From positions 35,154,001 through 35,218,000 of the forward strand of contig JANJGN010000026.1 of NCBI GenBank assembly GCA_026770705.1: a stretch of DNA of 64,000 nucleotides. The letters are read 5' to 3'. The DNA is from Isurus oxyrinchus. Taxonomy: Eukaryota. The notes under the pieces were generated by a model. It worked only from the letters and a program-made list of their open reading frames with translations. It searched no databases and was not told where the DNA came from. The translations under genes and the position numbers were made by a program. Positions 24,721-38,422 of the stretch are shown here, in pieces (within the stretch, counting starts at the first letter, position 1; each line of letters begins with the position of its first letter).

Positions 24721-24986
24721 AAGAACAGGAGGTTAGTTTTCTATTCTCTTCCTCGCTGAATGGGCCGTGGAAGGCAGCGGCTCCAATAATTCAATTCAGC
24801 TGGGAAAGCTCCCTCTCTGTGGCACAGGGAGTGCAGGCGGCATTCTGCGAGAATTGTCCGTACATTCGCGGCTGTACAAACCACCACTTTTGTCCATTAA
24901 GACTGAATGTTAATATTGAAGTCACTTTTCGTATAAATCGAGCCTTTTTTCCCGCATACACGTCAGATATGCACAGCCTGCTGCAT

Positions 24987-24987
24987 C

Positions 24988-25025
<38 letters not shown>
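24987..25025. repeat. (CA)n microsatellite
   Basis: CA run. Confidence 0.9.
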
Positions 25026-25026
<1 letters not shown>

Positions 25027-26400
25027 GGGCCGACTGTGTGTCACAGAAACCTGGCCTCCTGTTTTCAATGGCTCAGGGCAAAATATTGTCAGCAGGATAA
25101 CAGCACGGTGATTGGCTCTTTCTTCCATTGATGCGGGGTCAGGAGGTCACATTCAGGCTCCGCCCAGCAATAAAACACCCAGATGGTCAATCGTGTAACT
25201 TTTGACCCCGAACTTGGAAGAGGGGTAAAACCGCAGTTCTTAAAGGGGTTCTGCACCGCTCGAGCTGTTTGGCTAAGTTTTAGTAGTTAGGAGGGATGAT
25301 TAGTGGTTGAAATATGGATCGGAAGAAAGTGACATTTTTTAATGCATTGATTCAGTGGTTGAATATCAATTGTTTATTTTTAATAACTAAAAACGATTTC
25401 GTACAGTCAACACGTAATGTAGAAACAGTAGTTTTCGAGGAGTAGATGCCATCAGTTCAATGCAATGTTGCCGTAATAAACACAATCTGGATCTTGTTTA
25501 TCGCTGTATCCTCTTAAAGCACAGCATATGGACTTGGGAATACAACAATAATTAGGGCCTGGTGAATGCTAACAGAGACAGAGCCTAGTTTAATACCAAA
25601 GAGGAAGTGGAAAATAATGGGGACCCATTAAAACATTCACAGAGAAAATGCCTAGCATCATAATCAAGGAGCCTAGGACTGGTACAAAAATATCCTAATA
25701 TTTCCTTATGTGACTTAATCCTAATTTTGTTTTATTGTCCCCGTGTGAGGCGCTTTGTAACATTTGACATATTTTAAAATTTTATAATACATGTTAAACG
25801 TGTGTAAATGCACTTTGTTATTGTGAGATTACACTTTGTGTTGTGTGGATACTCATTGGCTACTGCTGGCATAACTTGCATTGTGTGGATATAACTTGCA
25901 TTGTGTGGGTATAAGTTGCAATTTCTGGGGACCTTATGTGTTGTGTGTGAGTCTAACTTCTATCATGTCAGTACATTCGGCAGCATTTGCCTCTCACTGT
26001 CATTCTGATTCTTACCTGCTCTCATGTCACTGAGCTATGTTGGCTTCGGCCTAATGGCTATCAATGTTTCTTTCAGTGTCTCCCATAAATGATCGTTCCA
26101 CATGACTAAACGTACTTTAGCTCTGCGCAAGCACTAACAAGTTACATTCAAAACTGCACTGGGCTGCATGAAGTACCAAGACTCGATAATCGTCTCCCAA
26201 GTGTCTCCCAACATTCTACCACCTCCCAAAAATAACATGGACAATAATTGCTGAATCTATTTGTTCAAGTAACTGTAAATAATTATGGAAGCTAATTGTC
26301 TGTAAAATTCCAACAGTATAAATAAGGGTCTTTTTGAGCTTATCACAGAGAATCTCTGTCATCAACTGTCACCGGCAGAGAACATCACTTCTCATAGAAA

Positions 26401-26470
26401 ATGCACGGCCACGTTTCTGATGTAGTTTATGTCACTTACTACCCAATTCTTGCTGCTATTGAAGTTCCAG
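26401..26470 (+). pseudogene. Orphan first coding exon of a GPR139/GPR142-like GPCR
   Basis: MHGHVSDVVYVTYYPILAAIEVP + G|GTAAGT, paralogous to exon 1 at 3178-3110; no matching second exon found downstream in the window. Confidence 0.8.
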
Positions 26471-27258
26471 GTAAGTCTTTGGGCTGAACCATCAATTGGA
26501 CAAATCATTGTTTTATGAAGCTGGTTTTGTCAATGAAAATTAAGGAGAGTGATATAGTGATCTTCAGGCATTTCTTTAAACTCATTTGATCAGAAGTATA
26601 CAAACTTTCCATCGTTTTAATATTTCTTTGTTTTAAACTCAAGAATTAAGACTCTGAAACACCCAAAACACTGCATCTATTCCTTTACACAATACCGAGG
26701 CTGCTCAGGTCGCTAGATTGATTTCTAAAAAGTAATATTCTGGTAAACTTTTCGAAACCAATAGTTCAAGGCTATTCTTATACAAGTGAAGATCCTGACA
26801 ATACATTTCCAACGATACCAACTTTGGGTAGATTTTCATTTCGTGTTAGTCTAAAAATTGCAATAGCCAGTGTTATATCTGCCTTGAATTAAGGCTCCAT
26901 TGTTTTCAGGTGATTTACAATTCTGGAGGGATGTGGAATGAGCTGCAGGTTCATTATCAGCCATTTCATATTTCCGCCTGAAGTTAAGATTCACCTGCCT
27001 GAAATGGTTGAGGGGTGAAATTAGCCTTGAGCTGTTAAGCAAGCTGGCTATCAGTTTTACACTCGATACAGTCCTGTCCCATTGACACCAGAGAAGTAGA
27101 AATTAGACCAAGTGGAAAACTGTTAGATCATTCGATCCAGCCTAAAAACGGTTCCTGCCCCATGGAAGTAAAAGGATATCGGGTGTAGGTGGGAATGTGG
27201 AGCTGTGGCCATGATCAGGTTAGCCATGATCTTATTGAATGACGAAGCAGGTTAGAGG

Positions 27259-28160
27259 GATAGTGTGGAGGATAGCCATAATCTCCAAAACAATATAGAT
27301 GGGTTGGTAGAGTGGGCGGTAAAATAACAGATGGATTTTAACAGAAAGAAGTGTGAGGGCATACATTTAGAGAGGTCAAAGAGTTAAAGGGATTACGACA
27401 TGAATGGGAATATAATAAGAGGGGTAGATGGAACGAGAGATCTTGGCGTGCAAGTACACAGGTCCCTGAAGGCAGCAGTTCAAGTAGACAAGGTTGTAAA
27501 GAAGGCATATGGCACGCTCTCCTTCACTGGCAGAGGTATAGAATATAAAAGTAAGGATATAATGTTGGAATTGTATAAAACACTGGCGAGGCCACAACTG
27601 GAGTATTGCGTGCAGTTCTGGTCGCTACATTACAGGAAGGGCGTAATAGCTCTAGAAAGAGTGCACAGGAGGTTTACAAGAATGTTGCCAGGGTTAGGAA
27701 AGAGTAGCTACGAGAAGAGATTGGATATGTTGGGGTTATCTTACTTAGAATAAAGAAGGCTGAGAGGTGACTTGATTGAGGTGTACAAAATTATGAGGGG
27801 AATAGATAGAGTGGACAGCATAAAATTGTTTCCCTTGATGGAGAATTCCAGAACCAGAGGACATAGATTCAAGATAAGTGGCAGAAGGTTTAGGGGGTAC
27901 ATAAGGAAGAACTTTATTACGCAGAGGGTAGTGACTGTCTGGAATTAGCTGCCCAAGTTGGTGGCAGAGGCAGGAACTTTAAACTCTTTTAAAAAGTACC
28001 TGGATCTGCAGCTTAAGTGCTGTAAACTGCAGGGCTATTAGCCCGGTGCAGGAAGGTGGGATTAGAAAGAGTACCTAGGTGTCCTCGGGCTGGCATGGAT
28101 AAGATGAGCCGAATGGCCTCCTAGTGTGCTGTAACTTCCCGATGGTTCTATGGTTCTGTG
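27259..28160 (+). mobile_element. CR1 LINE, 5'-truncated
   Basis: RDLGVQVHRSLKAAVQVDKVVKKAYGTLSF..RGIEYKSKDIMLELYKTLARPQLEYCVQFWS...; 3' end gccgaatggcctcc...ggttctatggttctg. Confidence 0.92.
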
Positions 28161-29959
28161 AAGTTATGAACTAAATGCAGTCTAAAAATCAAAGTGGAGA
28201 TCTGATCTAAAGAAACACTAGTGTCACTTTTTTAAATTACAAAGTCAATCATTATACTTATCGAGTAAGTTAACATAAGTAGTTATGTTTCAGTTCTTTA
28301 TTGCTTTCATGAGAAAACCAGGTGAATATTTACTTCTTGGAGCGTCTCCTGTTGAGGTGCCGCTGCTTTGTTCTAATGGTTTCGCTGCCCTGTGTTCTGA
28401 AGCATTTTTCTCTGGCCAGAGCTGGTTGAGCGAGGAAGGAAATGCTGTTGTGTTGTTTCATACATGACAAAAATCCCGGTAGATAACCGAGATCCGACGT
28501 GTTTGCAGAAACATCTTTGAGGCTGAGCAAACGAATTTACAATTTAACATAGACCTTTCATGGGAACCAGGTTATGTTCTGCGAACGGAAGCTCATGCTG
28601 ACATCACTGGTTTAATGATCCAGAGGCCTGAGCCAACGACATGAATTATACTAATTAATTTCAATGGAGATAATTACTATAACTCTGGAATAAAGTTGTC
28701 TTACCAGAAATAGCGATCAGCTAACTACCAGATCATCGCAATAAACTCTACCCAGTTCACTACCGTCCTTCAGGGAAGGAAATCTATGCCGGCCCAGATA
28801 TGATTCCAGATCCACAACAATGTGGTTGAACATTAACCGCCTTCGTAAATAACCCAGAAAACCACTCAACCGGTAAGTGGCAGCTCGCTACACCCACTGA
28901 AAGGCAATTAGTGAGAGACAATAAATGCTGGCGCTCCAATGTCGCCTAAATCCTTTGAATGAATAAATAAAAAGGACCTGGGCGTAGGAGGGACTGGAGT
29001 GCCAACCCTACATCCGGAAATCTGGAAGGTATTTTGAAACCGCTGTTAACTTGAGAGTCAGGCATTGTACCGAGCCGTATACCAATGGAACAAACATACA
29101 GCTGAACACACAAGTAGCTACCTGCCTGTAAATGAACAATGGGCAAATTCCAAGTTTCTGTCATTATGTGCAGCTCTAAATGAGCATGATAAGGTTTTAG
29201 TGGTATACAATGGTTAGATATGTACCAATAAGCTGCAAAATTTGCATTCCGTTCAGTGCAAGATAAAACGTGATGAATGGGAAATTCACATGGAACCAAA
29301 AGTTCCCGATGTTGTGGAGATATAAAATCGGGGAACTGCATTAGGATATCCGTTTGATGCCCTGGAGATCTACACACTGGTATTAATGAGACAGATTCTT
29401 CCATTCGATCCAGCCCAAAAACGGGTTCTGCACCATGGGAGTCAAATGTTATCAGAGGCAGGTGGGAATGTGGAATTGAGGCCACAATCAGATCAGCCAT
29501 GACCTTATTGAATAGCAAAAAAGGTAGACGGGCCGAATAACCTGTTTCTGCTCCTGATTCGTTTGTTTGTATGTCCCTGAAATATCCGCCCAAGGCCACT
29601 GAATTAATAGTTTAGTAGAATGGCCACTATAGTAATCTTCTACTCATTGCCGTTACAGGCCACATATCAGCACATTCCATACTTCAGTCGGTCAAACGTC
29701 AGAATTCACCTGGGAGTGAAGAAAAATGTCAGGGATAAAATTGTTTTTTTCCTGTAGCTCAGAGTGAGAGCAATACCAAGCAAAATTCAAACCATGCCAG
29801 ATTTTTGGTTTAATCATAGTGCACTGTCCCAAAGAAGAAATCCAGCGCCAATATTTGGTTTGACTCCCTTGAGGTATTGAATTGCCTTTTGGCCAATGGG
29901 GGTGAAGAGTGGGAGAAGAACTACGGACATGATTCTGGTTACATCTAGGGGTGCAGACA

Positions 29960-30350
29960 TCCATTCATGCATCAGGCCATCCCTCCGTCCATTCGTCCGT
30001 TCATCCGTCCGTCCATTCATCCGCCCGTCCCCCCCCCATCCCTTGGTACATCCATTCATCCATCCATACATCCATCCATCCATCTATGTATCCACCCATC
30101 CAAACATCCATCCATCTGTCCATCAGTCCGTCCGTCTATACATACACCCATCATCCATCGATCCATCGANNNNNNNNNNNNNNNNNNNNNNNNNNNNNNN
30201 NNNNNNNNNNNNNNNNNNNNNNNNNNNNNNNNNNNNNNNNNNNNNNNNNNNNNNNNNNNNNNNNNNNNNNNNNNNNNNNNNNNNNNNNNNNNNNNNNNNN
30301 NNCGGCCCATGTGTGCATCCGACCACCCATCCATCCGCCCATCCATCCCA
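29960..30350. repeat. (CATC)n microsatellite spanning an N gap (30170-30302)
   Basis: catccatc repeats on both sides of the gap. Confidence 0.92.
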
Positions 30351-32149
30351 CATAACTTATCAATCCCTTCGTCACACCATAACCCTCTTTGTGTTCAGAA
30401 GGAAAAATAACGGATGGTCCGAAATCCTGTGACCCTTTCTTCCCTCAAGTTCTAATGCCCCACTGACTTTGAAAATTTCTATAAGACAATCTGCATACAG
30501 CCCTAATGTTTCCGCTGTTTGAAAACTAATAGCTGAGTGGTAGATTGCCTAGATAATTCTGTCAACCACCATTTCTCTTTCATCTAGTAGGAGCGCAGAC
30601 AGAATATGCTGTTCTGAATCCAACAGGAAGAAAAACGACCACAAAGTGGCTTTAGCGACACTACTTTGCCCACGGAGAGGAAGGAGGTAGTTAAATCAGG
30701 GCGCCAAGATTGCATGGTGGGATTCTGGCTTCCGAGTGACTTGATGCATTAGCATTGGGATGTTTCTTCCTCTTTTGTAGAATCAGGGCCAACCTATTTA
30801 TAGGAAGTGGATTAATTGCCTCGGTGTGGAGAAAGAAATATGGGGACCGGTTTTAAAAATCGTTACCAAGACTGTAAATGTAATTATTCTAATGCCCTTA
30901 TGGTTATCCACCTGACAGTGCAGGGGTGCTGTTGATATACTCATGGCGATTTGAGATTCTCTATCTGGGCTGGGCTCGATGCTTTGCTGCACCTGGAAGA
31001 GTTTCAAGTTCCCGATAAAAACGGGCTTTGAACAGAAACAAGAGAGAATTTCGAACTACTGCCCAACCACAGTGAGGAGGGAGGAATGGAAAGGAGCAAG
31101 TGTGCTAATGCACCAAGGAGCCTTTGACGAGGATGATAACATGTAAAATAATAACAATTAGAAACTGCAGATTTACATTTATATCGCAATTTATACAACC
31201 TCATCACGTGCAAAACATCCGTACAGCCACTGAAATGTAGACATTGATGTAGGAAACACAGAACCAATTACCCACAACCACATCCTACAAGGAGAAATGT
31301 GATAATGACCAGATGATGTTTTCTTTAGTAATGTTGCACGAGAGATAAACATTAGACAGGATACCAGCAAGATTTGACCTGTTCTTCTTAGAAATAGTGC
31401 AACTGATATTTTAAGTCCACCTGAGTGGGCAGACATTCGAATTTGACGTTTGAGTACGACACTTCCGACAGTTCAACACTCCCTCGGAATTGGGCTCGAA
31501 ATTTTGAGCTCAATATTGGGGAATGGGCCTTGAACTCAAGATCACCTGACTCAGTGACGTGAATATTACCACTGAACCACGTCGTTGAACAATAACAACA
31601 CCGCCACTGTCACATAGTGCTTATGTTACTGAACTAGGCATTTAGGTGCGTGGGCGAATGTTCCAGAAGCATCGGATGAAATGTCACCACCCTGGAAACA
31701 TAAGTTAAGTTAGGCATATGCATCTGAACGTGAAAAAAGACCATCATGATTGTTAGTGAATCCCATGAAACCACTGGTTAGTTGTTAAAACCAACCACCC
31801 TTCAGTTAAATAAATTTACGAGCCATATCCAGTCTTGTGTTTATGTGTGTACAGGGAAATAGTTCTCTACTGACTGCCCTCTGAAATGCCCTATCAGCCA
31901 TTTAGTTGTCGGAAGAGAAATTAGAGACCAACAATAAATATTGGTCTTACCAACGACGCCTACAATTTGTGAATTAATTGAACAAAACACATTCGTGGCC
32001 ATAAGCAGTGGTCAGCTGTAGTACAGATTGTAACAGCACTTGCATATTGTCCAGAAAGAGGCACGCTCAATAACAACAGGACAACTTTCTAACTGGCCTT
32101 CAAATGTCTCACAGGTGTTGCTTTTGTTTGGATCAACATCGATATGGCG

Positions 32150-32630
32150 CATTCACGGGTTAACATGTAAAGAAAATACAAGGATGACAACATAACTGAC
32201 GGGCTGTAACTATCAGGAAAGGTTGAACAGGCTGGGCTCTTTTCTATAAAAAGCTGTGCTGAACGGTGACACAAGAGAGTTCTTTAAAGTCTTGAAAGAT
32301 TTCGATAATGTTGGAACAGGTTTTCTGCCCGTGGGAGTCCAAAGCCAGAGACCATAAACGTCAAATCTTCACCCATAAATTCCACCAAAGGATTAAGCAT
32401 AAATTTATTAAACTAGTGACTGGTTGGAATGGGACCTCGATACACCCGGGTTGGCTAAAGCTATAAGTGTAAATGTATTTAAATAGAAGCTAAATAAAAA
32501 CCTAGGGTGAAGTGAAAAATAATGCGCTGATGGTATTAGATCAGGTCGTGTGGGAAAAGGTTCGTGTGGAGCATAAACATCGGCAGAAACTCATGGGCGG
32601 AATAACATGTTTCTTCAATACAATTTTACC
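32150..32630 (+). mobile_element. Old CR1 3' fragment
   Basis: aactatcaggaaaggttgaacaggctgggctcttttctata...gtgtggagcataaacatcggc. Confidence 0.65.
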
Positions 32631-32752
32631 AATATGCTGTAGGGGGCAATGATATGTGTAAATCCTCATTGTCTAACACAAAGGGCACTTGTATTGTTAA
32701 AAATAATGTCATGGCTCATCTTTGTGAAGCAGAGTGTGTCTCTCCCGAGGGC

Positions 32753-33070
32753 AGGTTTTGTAACAGTGGGGTTGCTATTGCTATCATAATGACTTTCTGG
32801 ATTGTGCAGACGAAGATTGGACATCTTCGTCCTTCTGAAAGCGAAATAGCCTGTCTTCTCGGCGATTTAAAGTTCAATTTCCAATTGCCCAACCACACCT
32901 TTTTCGTTTTCTGTGCTGCTCATGACCCACTCCAGCCGTCCATTCGGACTCACCCTGGACCAGTGGAAGGCGGATATCTCCGAGCTGGTATAGCTACAAT
33001 AAAACTGCGCCGGATCTCCCGGCTCGACTGTTTTGGAAACCGGCGACAGCAGCACTTCATCCGCAAGATT
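32753..33070 (-). pseudogene. Divergent TCR V pseudogene
   Basis: ADEVLLSPVSKTVEPGDPAQFYCSYTSSEISAFHWSRVSPNGRLEWVM...EIEL*...IFVCT; degenerate RSS CATTATG-23-ACAAAACCT (32791-32753). Confidence 0.78.
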
Positions 33071-33500
33071 CCACCCCCCCACATCCACCACCCTTCCCAT
33101 TCTCTCCACACCACCCCCACAACCCTACCCCGGCCCCCCGCCCCCTCCCCGCCACCCTCCTTCTCCCCGCCCTGGAGAAACATGAATAACATCCTTGCTA
33201 AAGCTTTTACCATTTTCTTTGCACTGGAAAAGCAAAGGGTTGGGCTCCAGTCGGTCGGGAAAATTGCAAATCATCAATAGCTCATATGAAGACGCAGAAT
33301 ACATTGCTCACGGACCAAGTTCATCACGTAATGTGCGAGATATCATCATAACATTTTGCAGCGCATCGTTGCAACGCCGTCTTTCTGAAAGACACGCACT
33401 GGTTCCTTTTCTCTGCCTCTAGATCAGAGACCACATGGACCCTCCGACAAAAAAGCATGAACTGAGTTACATAGCCCCACATTCTGAAAACATATTACAG

Positions 33501-33501
<1 letters not shown>

Positions 33502-33547
<46 letters not shown>

Positions 33548-33571
33548 GAAATATACATACAATATATACAT

Positions 33572-33616
<45 letters not shown>
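33502..33616. repeat. (TA)n microsatellite, two blocks
   Basis: TA runs. Confidence 0.97.
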
Positions 33617-33622
<6 letters not shown>

Positions 33623-34451
33623 TGCAATTTTATAAACCACTGAAAGCTAAAGACAGCAAGAAATTGAGTGAGAAAGGCAGGAACAGAAGGGAACGAAACA
33701 GGATGAAAGGAAAAGAGAAAATGAGCAAACTAAACGAGAGAAAGAAAACAATGCATAAAAGCAAGGAAGAACTGGGTTGAACTGATGGTGAATGTATGTT
33801 TTTAAACAGTTAACAAATTAATGTAACTCGATTACTTTAAACGCCTTTCTTCAACCTCCATTGAAATCAAGAGCGATTTCCTCTGGTCAATACAATTAGG
33901 TAAGGAGATGATAAACAGAGCAGGACGATTCATTCTGGTTACTATGTCCAAAGGTGTCTGATTTTTTTTGTATTTCAAATCATCCTTCAGATAACAGTGA
34001 TAATCAAAGTGGCAATTTAGGCTGCTCTGCTTCCGTTGTTGCTGTTACAAAGTCAAAGAGGAACTTTTGTCTCCAAGATTTCTTCAATTGACCAAGGCGG
34101 GGAAATACACTCTGAGCAACCAGTATAAAGGAAGTCGTGATTTAGAAGGAAATAATGTATCATATATTTTCCATTGCAATATATCAGACAGTGGACACAT
34201 TCCTCCTGTCGTTTACCGAACAGGGTTTCAAAGAAGGTTTCAAATGTTGAAAATCCATCAATATGAATGAAGTATTTAATTCTCTGGTGACACTTTTCTG
34301 ATTTCATTGCAATACAGACTGCAATTCGAAAGTCGTTCACTGGTTGCAAAATCATTGTGTGAACCTCTTTCTTCGCTGCTTTCTTCCACGTTTTGTTTTT
34401 GGAGTGGCTGTTTGATTGTCACCCAACTTTCCGAGGCTTTTCTCAAGGAGG

Positions 34452-34870
34452 GGATACAGTATGAACTCGGGGCTGTTCTCACACATTGTGGCCATGGCAG
34501 AGTGATAAACACCACTATTCACTCATCCTGGTCGGCGTCACGTACGCTGAGATTTGGATGCTGTGAATTCTAAAACGGCATTGGTGGTGCTCTCCCTGGA
34601 AGCCGCTATGGGTATATACCAGGAGCTCAGACAACCAGTGGATTGTATGAGCACCTATTGGAGCATGCGCTGAACCCAGGCTGAATCGTGACTGAATTCG
34701 CTTCCACTGGCAATATGCAGGCAGCTAGAGAATCCTGTATCAAACACGAATAATCCTTGGGTATAATTTCTGAATCTTTATATTCAGGCAGTTGTGTAAT
34801 CCCAGTGATTGGAATGAGATATATAATACTCACAGAATGGTAACAGCAAGAATGCGTGAGTTACACCCAT
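34452..34870 (-). pseudogene. Degenerate TCR V pseudogene with leader
   Basis: Leader 34870-34834 MGVTHAFLLLPF|GTGAGT. Exon from 34724 ..ANSVTIQPGFSACSNRCSYN..SWYI..LPGRAP..NSGVYHSAM. RSS CACAATG-23-ACTGTATCC (34490-34452). Confidence 0.72.
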
Positions 34871-36714
34871 GGCTGTTTCTCTTATTGTTGGCCGGCGATG
34901 ACAGGTTACGGTTCTTTTCTTAACTGGTGATGTTTTTTTGGAGACCTCAGCATGTGCAAGCATAAAAGCAGATCTAAAGACTCCGCCTCTTACCAGTTGC
35001 ATTGCGCATGCTACAGGATTGGAATAAGATAAGCTTGGCGATTAATATTCGGTATATATCAACAAGATAAATTCCGGCATAGAAAGATTATGGAACAGAA
35101 ATGATATTGCTTCCCAAAAAGTAATGAGGGATTTTTTTTACATGTGTATGAAAACTGGATGGAGAAATTTACTCTCTTCTGCACCTTCTCAGTTAGTTGT
35201 AGCCTCTTGACCAAGAGAACATATATTTCCAGGTGTAGTTTATGACCATTTGATTTAGTATTTGAATTGTCTTCACTTTTGTTCAGTTTATAAGTTGAAT
35301 GTTTACAGATCCCTGCTCTGAGGCTGAATATTTTCAGGAAGCTTAGGTATCAATCCTGTGAAATTTATCCACGATAGATGACGATTGGACATCGATTGGG
35401 AGACAGGAGTGAATCTGAAAGGAAAAATCAACGGGAGCAAGGTCATGTTAGGCAGATTGTTTGAAGAGAAGGAGGCAGGTGACGAAGCAAGCGAGTTAAG
35501 ACTGGAATTCCCAGAGGGTGGCTCAGTTTGGTTTTTGAACCGATATGCCAGAAGGAATGGAATGGGTTCAACATGTTGCTGAATAACTCAAGCATTCGGC
35601 AGAAACCTCGCGTTGTACAGATTGTAATGATTCGCCAGTTAGAATATTTTTTTATACATATTCGTTCACGGGATGTGGGCGTCACTGACAAGGCCAGCAC
35701 TTTTTGCACATTTCTATTTGCCGTTGAACTGAATGGCTTGCTAGGTCATTTCAGGGAACAGTTAACTGTCAACAGCATTGTTGTCCCTCTGGAGGCGCAA
35801 GTAAGCCAAACCGCGTAAGAACGGGTGAACCAGATGATTTTATTTATGAGAAAATGATAAATTAATCATTATCATTACTGAGCCTAGCTTTTAATTCCAA
35901 ATTTATTGTCATTGGCAAATAAATTCTACTGGCTGTCATTTGAAGCCGCGCCACTAGACCATAAATCTAGGCTTTCAGCTTATCAGCCCAGTGACATTAT
36001 TGCTCCTCCACCGTCTCCAACGGAGATTCTTAGGAGGCATTGTCGAGAAGGAAATTGAGTCCGACTCTTCAGTTTCAGGGATGGGAGTTAAGGAGAAAAC
36101 TAAAACATATGTTTTCAGTGGTGTTGATCTGGAACAGGTGGTGTAAGTGATGATATTTCAGAAACCTATTGCAAATTAAATGAAGTGAAAATAATTCATA
36201 CACTAGCTTATTAAGCAGCAGGAAAAATAATCAAGTGGACACAGTTTCAAGTTGCTGAAAGGTAATCTAGGGCTGATATCAGGATTTTGTTTACGGAGAG
36301 CGCAATCGAGATTTGGAATACCATCAGATTTTAATTTAATAGGACAGGAAATTACAGAGAGTCATAAGCGATTTTCATTGTTAACTCCTGTGCCAAGTAC
36401 AGAGGATGGAGATGTACTCTTGTTTTTGCAATGCTCTCTGAGATTTTAATATAACTGCTATCATTTAAACTTTTTCTGACTAGCTTTGATCGATTATAAA
36501 CGCAATTTATAATTACAATTTAATATAATTTCAGGAGTGGGCCTCATATCTCTGCTGCGTTGTAATTTGAAGGAAATCCCTGTGATCCTCAGTGGAGGCA
36601 GTGTTACTGTTTCCGTTTATTGGTGTGAGAGCGCCTTCTGGTGAACACTAATTGGGTCTTTCTGTCTGGGTCTCTCTCCAGGATACGTGATATCACTGCA
36701 TCAGTTTGTCCTCC

Positions 36715-36933
36715 ATGGAATAGAAATCCAGGACAGTGTGACAGGTCAGGGTGTGGCTGACCTTCAGTTCAGTATTGTTGGTAATTTCGTTAACATAGAA
36801 CGGAATAGATCAATGAGTGACGTGTAGGTTCCTGCCGACATCCCCCCAGATAAGATGAATGATGTATTGTGGAGGCTGGCCTTGTTGTTGGCTACACCAA
36901 TTCACGTAGGGCAAGACACGTTTGCCCTCAGAC
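36715..36933 (-). pseudogene. V relic
   Basis: SEGKRV/YVNWCSQQQGQPPQYIIHL...*...NNTELKVSHTLTCHTVLDFYS resembles FR2 (WYRQ..GQPPQYI) and FR3. Confidence 0.6.
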
Positions 36934-37902
36934 GTTACGTTTGGAAAAGGCCATCTTGGTTATAGCAGACACATGGGGAATGGAATTTTACTGCAAAAAT
37001 AAAGTATTTTACTATTTCGTTGGACATGGGCGTCACTGACAAGGCCTGCATCTGTTGTCCATCCCTAACTGCACTTGCCAAGGTGCTGATGAGGCTTCCT
37101 GAGCGGCGATACAATGCGCAGTGGAGCAACACTGTTCAGTATGATGATCCCTGAGGCTTTTAACACTGCAGTTTTGGAAACTTCATTTCGGAGCGGAAAT
37201 ACAGATCCCCAGATCCCCCTACCCCATCAACACCCCCACCTCTACCCTCCTCCCCGCACCCCCCACCCCCCTGCCATCTGCAGTTGAACTAACCAATGTC
37301 AAGCTTGGACAGCGGCATCAGTCTGTCCAATAGTACAGGGAAAGCAAGCCAGCTCAGTCCGAGAGCAACAAATGGAAGCTGCGGCTGGTAATGTCTGCAG
37401 TTTCATAGGGTGAACCTGTTAGGTGGGTCTATTAAGGGAAATATTTAAACTTGTACCGTCATCAGTGCAGATGTCTTTCAATAAAAGAATTGCTCAATGG
37501 CAACTGGAGCTTCCCACAGCCGCTATAAAGGGGAATGTAAATGCCACGGTGTCCGGAGGGATTCGACACAAAGAGAATATTTCCAACAAAGACCATTTCC
37601 ATATGCATTAAAATGGGAGTCACTGTCAGGTTGATCCAGTATGGTAGAGGTTCCACGGTCGATGAGTTCAATGGTGCAGGGGTGAACTGGTCATTCCAAT
37701 TATTTAGAACATATTGACGTTAACAACAACCATTTTCACAATAAATTGCTTAACCATGAGGACAGAGTTTTCAGACTTCCATTTGAAGTTAATGGCTGAA
37801 TTTTATTGCATGTCTCTTAGTCATTTAATGAACATTAATAAAGAACAATGTTGTCAATCTGCAACTATCTCTGACACGCAAAAGATCAAACCTAGTCGCC
37901 TA

Positions 37903-37916
37903 CTGCCCTCTGGTGG
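37903..37916 (-). promoter_or_regulatory. CTCF-like site
   Basis: Reverse complement CCACCAGAGGGCAG. Confidence 0.7.
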
Positions 37917-38123
37917 AATGTACATTTAAATATTTTTGATGAAAATTTAGAGGAAATGGCGGCTCAGGGTAATGTGCTCAGTTTGAACAGCAGCTCGGAT
38001 AATAAAGTAATTGAAATAAGGAAACCTTAGTCTTATGAAGTATTTATTTTACACCGGTCTTCGATTTTCCCGCCGCAACTTCCGATTTTTGCCTGCTGTG
38101 TCTCTGTACTACAGAGGGCTGGG

Positions 38124-38422
38124 GGTTTCTGTACGAGGATTGAACTCGTTTCCATTAGTGCCAAGCTGCATTGTCGGCCAGCTGCAGCTCCGAGATCGTT
38201 AAAGTTATGAATTTAGTGAAGCTGTTCAACTTAGATAAAAAGTGTTTTTTTTTTACAAGATCGATTTTACTTCAGAACATCTCGGCATTTTATCAGAATA
38301 AATTCGGCATGTCTGTCAGTGTGATGCCGGTACCCGAATAAATGTAAGCCGCCGCTCCAACTAACATCGCATTTTCATGCCATCACTTCTCCTGTCTTAA
38401 TCCCTGACGACAGTAGCTGATC
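38124..38422 (-). pseudogene. TCR alpha/delta V pseudogene (family of the 5996/16251 Vs)
   Basis: QLLSSGIKTGEVMA*KCDVSWSGGLHLFGYRHHTDRHAEFILIK...TKFITLTISELQLAD; YYC and heptamer lost; nonamer ACAGAAACC at 38132-38124. Confidence 0.8.

Noticed and set aside
24840-24890. ctgtacaaacc resembling an RSS end
   Set aside because: No heptamer and no V framework upstream
28946-29599. 217-aa ORF, the longest in the track
   Set aside because: No recognisable domain; partly antisense to a CR1 3' UTR fragment
29814-30432. Several long ORFs rich in H/P/S/I or M/D/G/W
   Set aside because: Translations of a (CATC)n microsatellite and an N gap
33424-33635. YI-repeat ORFs
   Set aside because: (TA)n microsatellite
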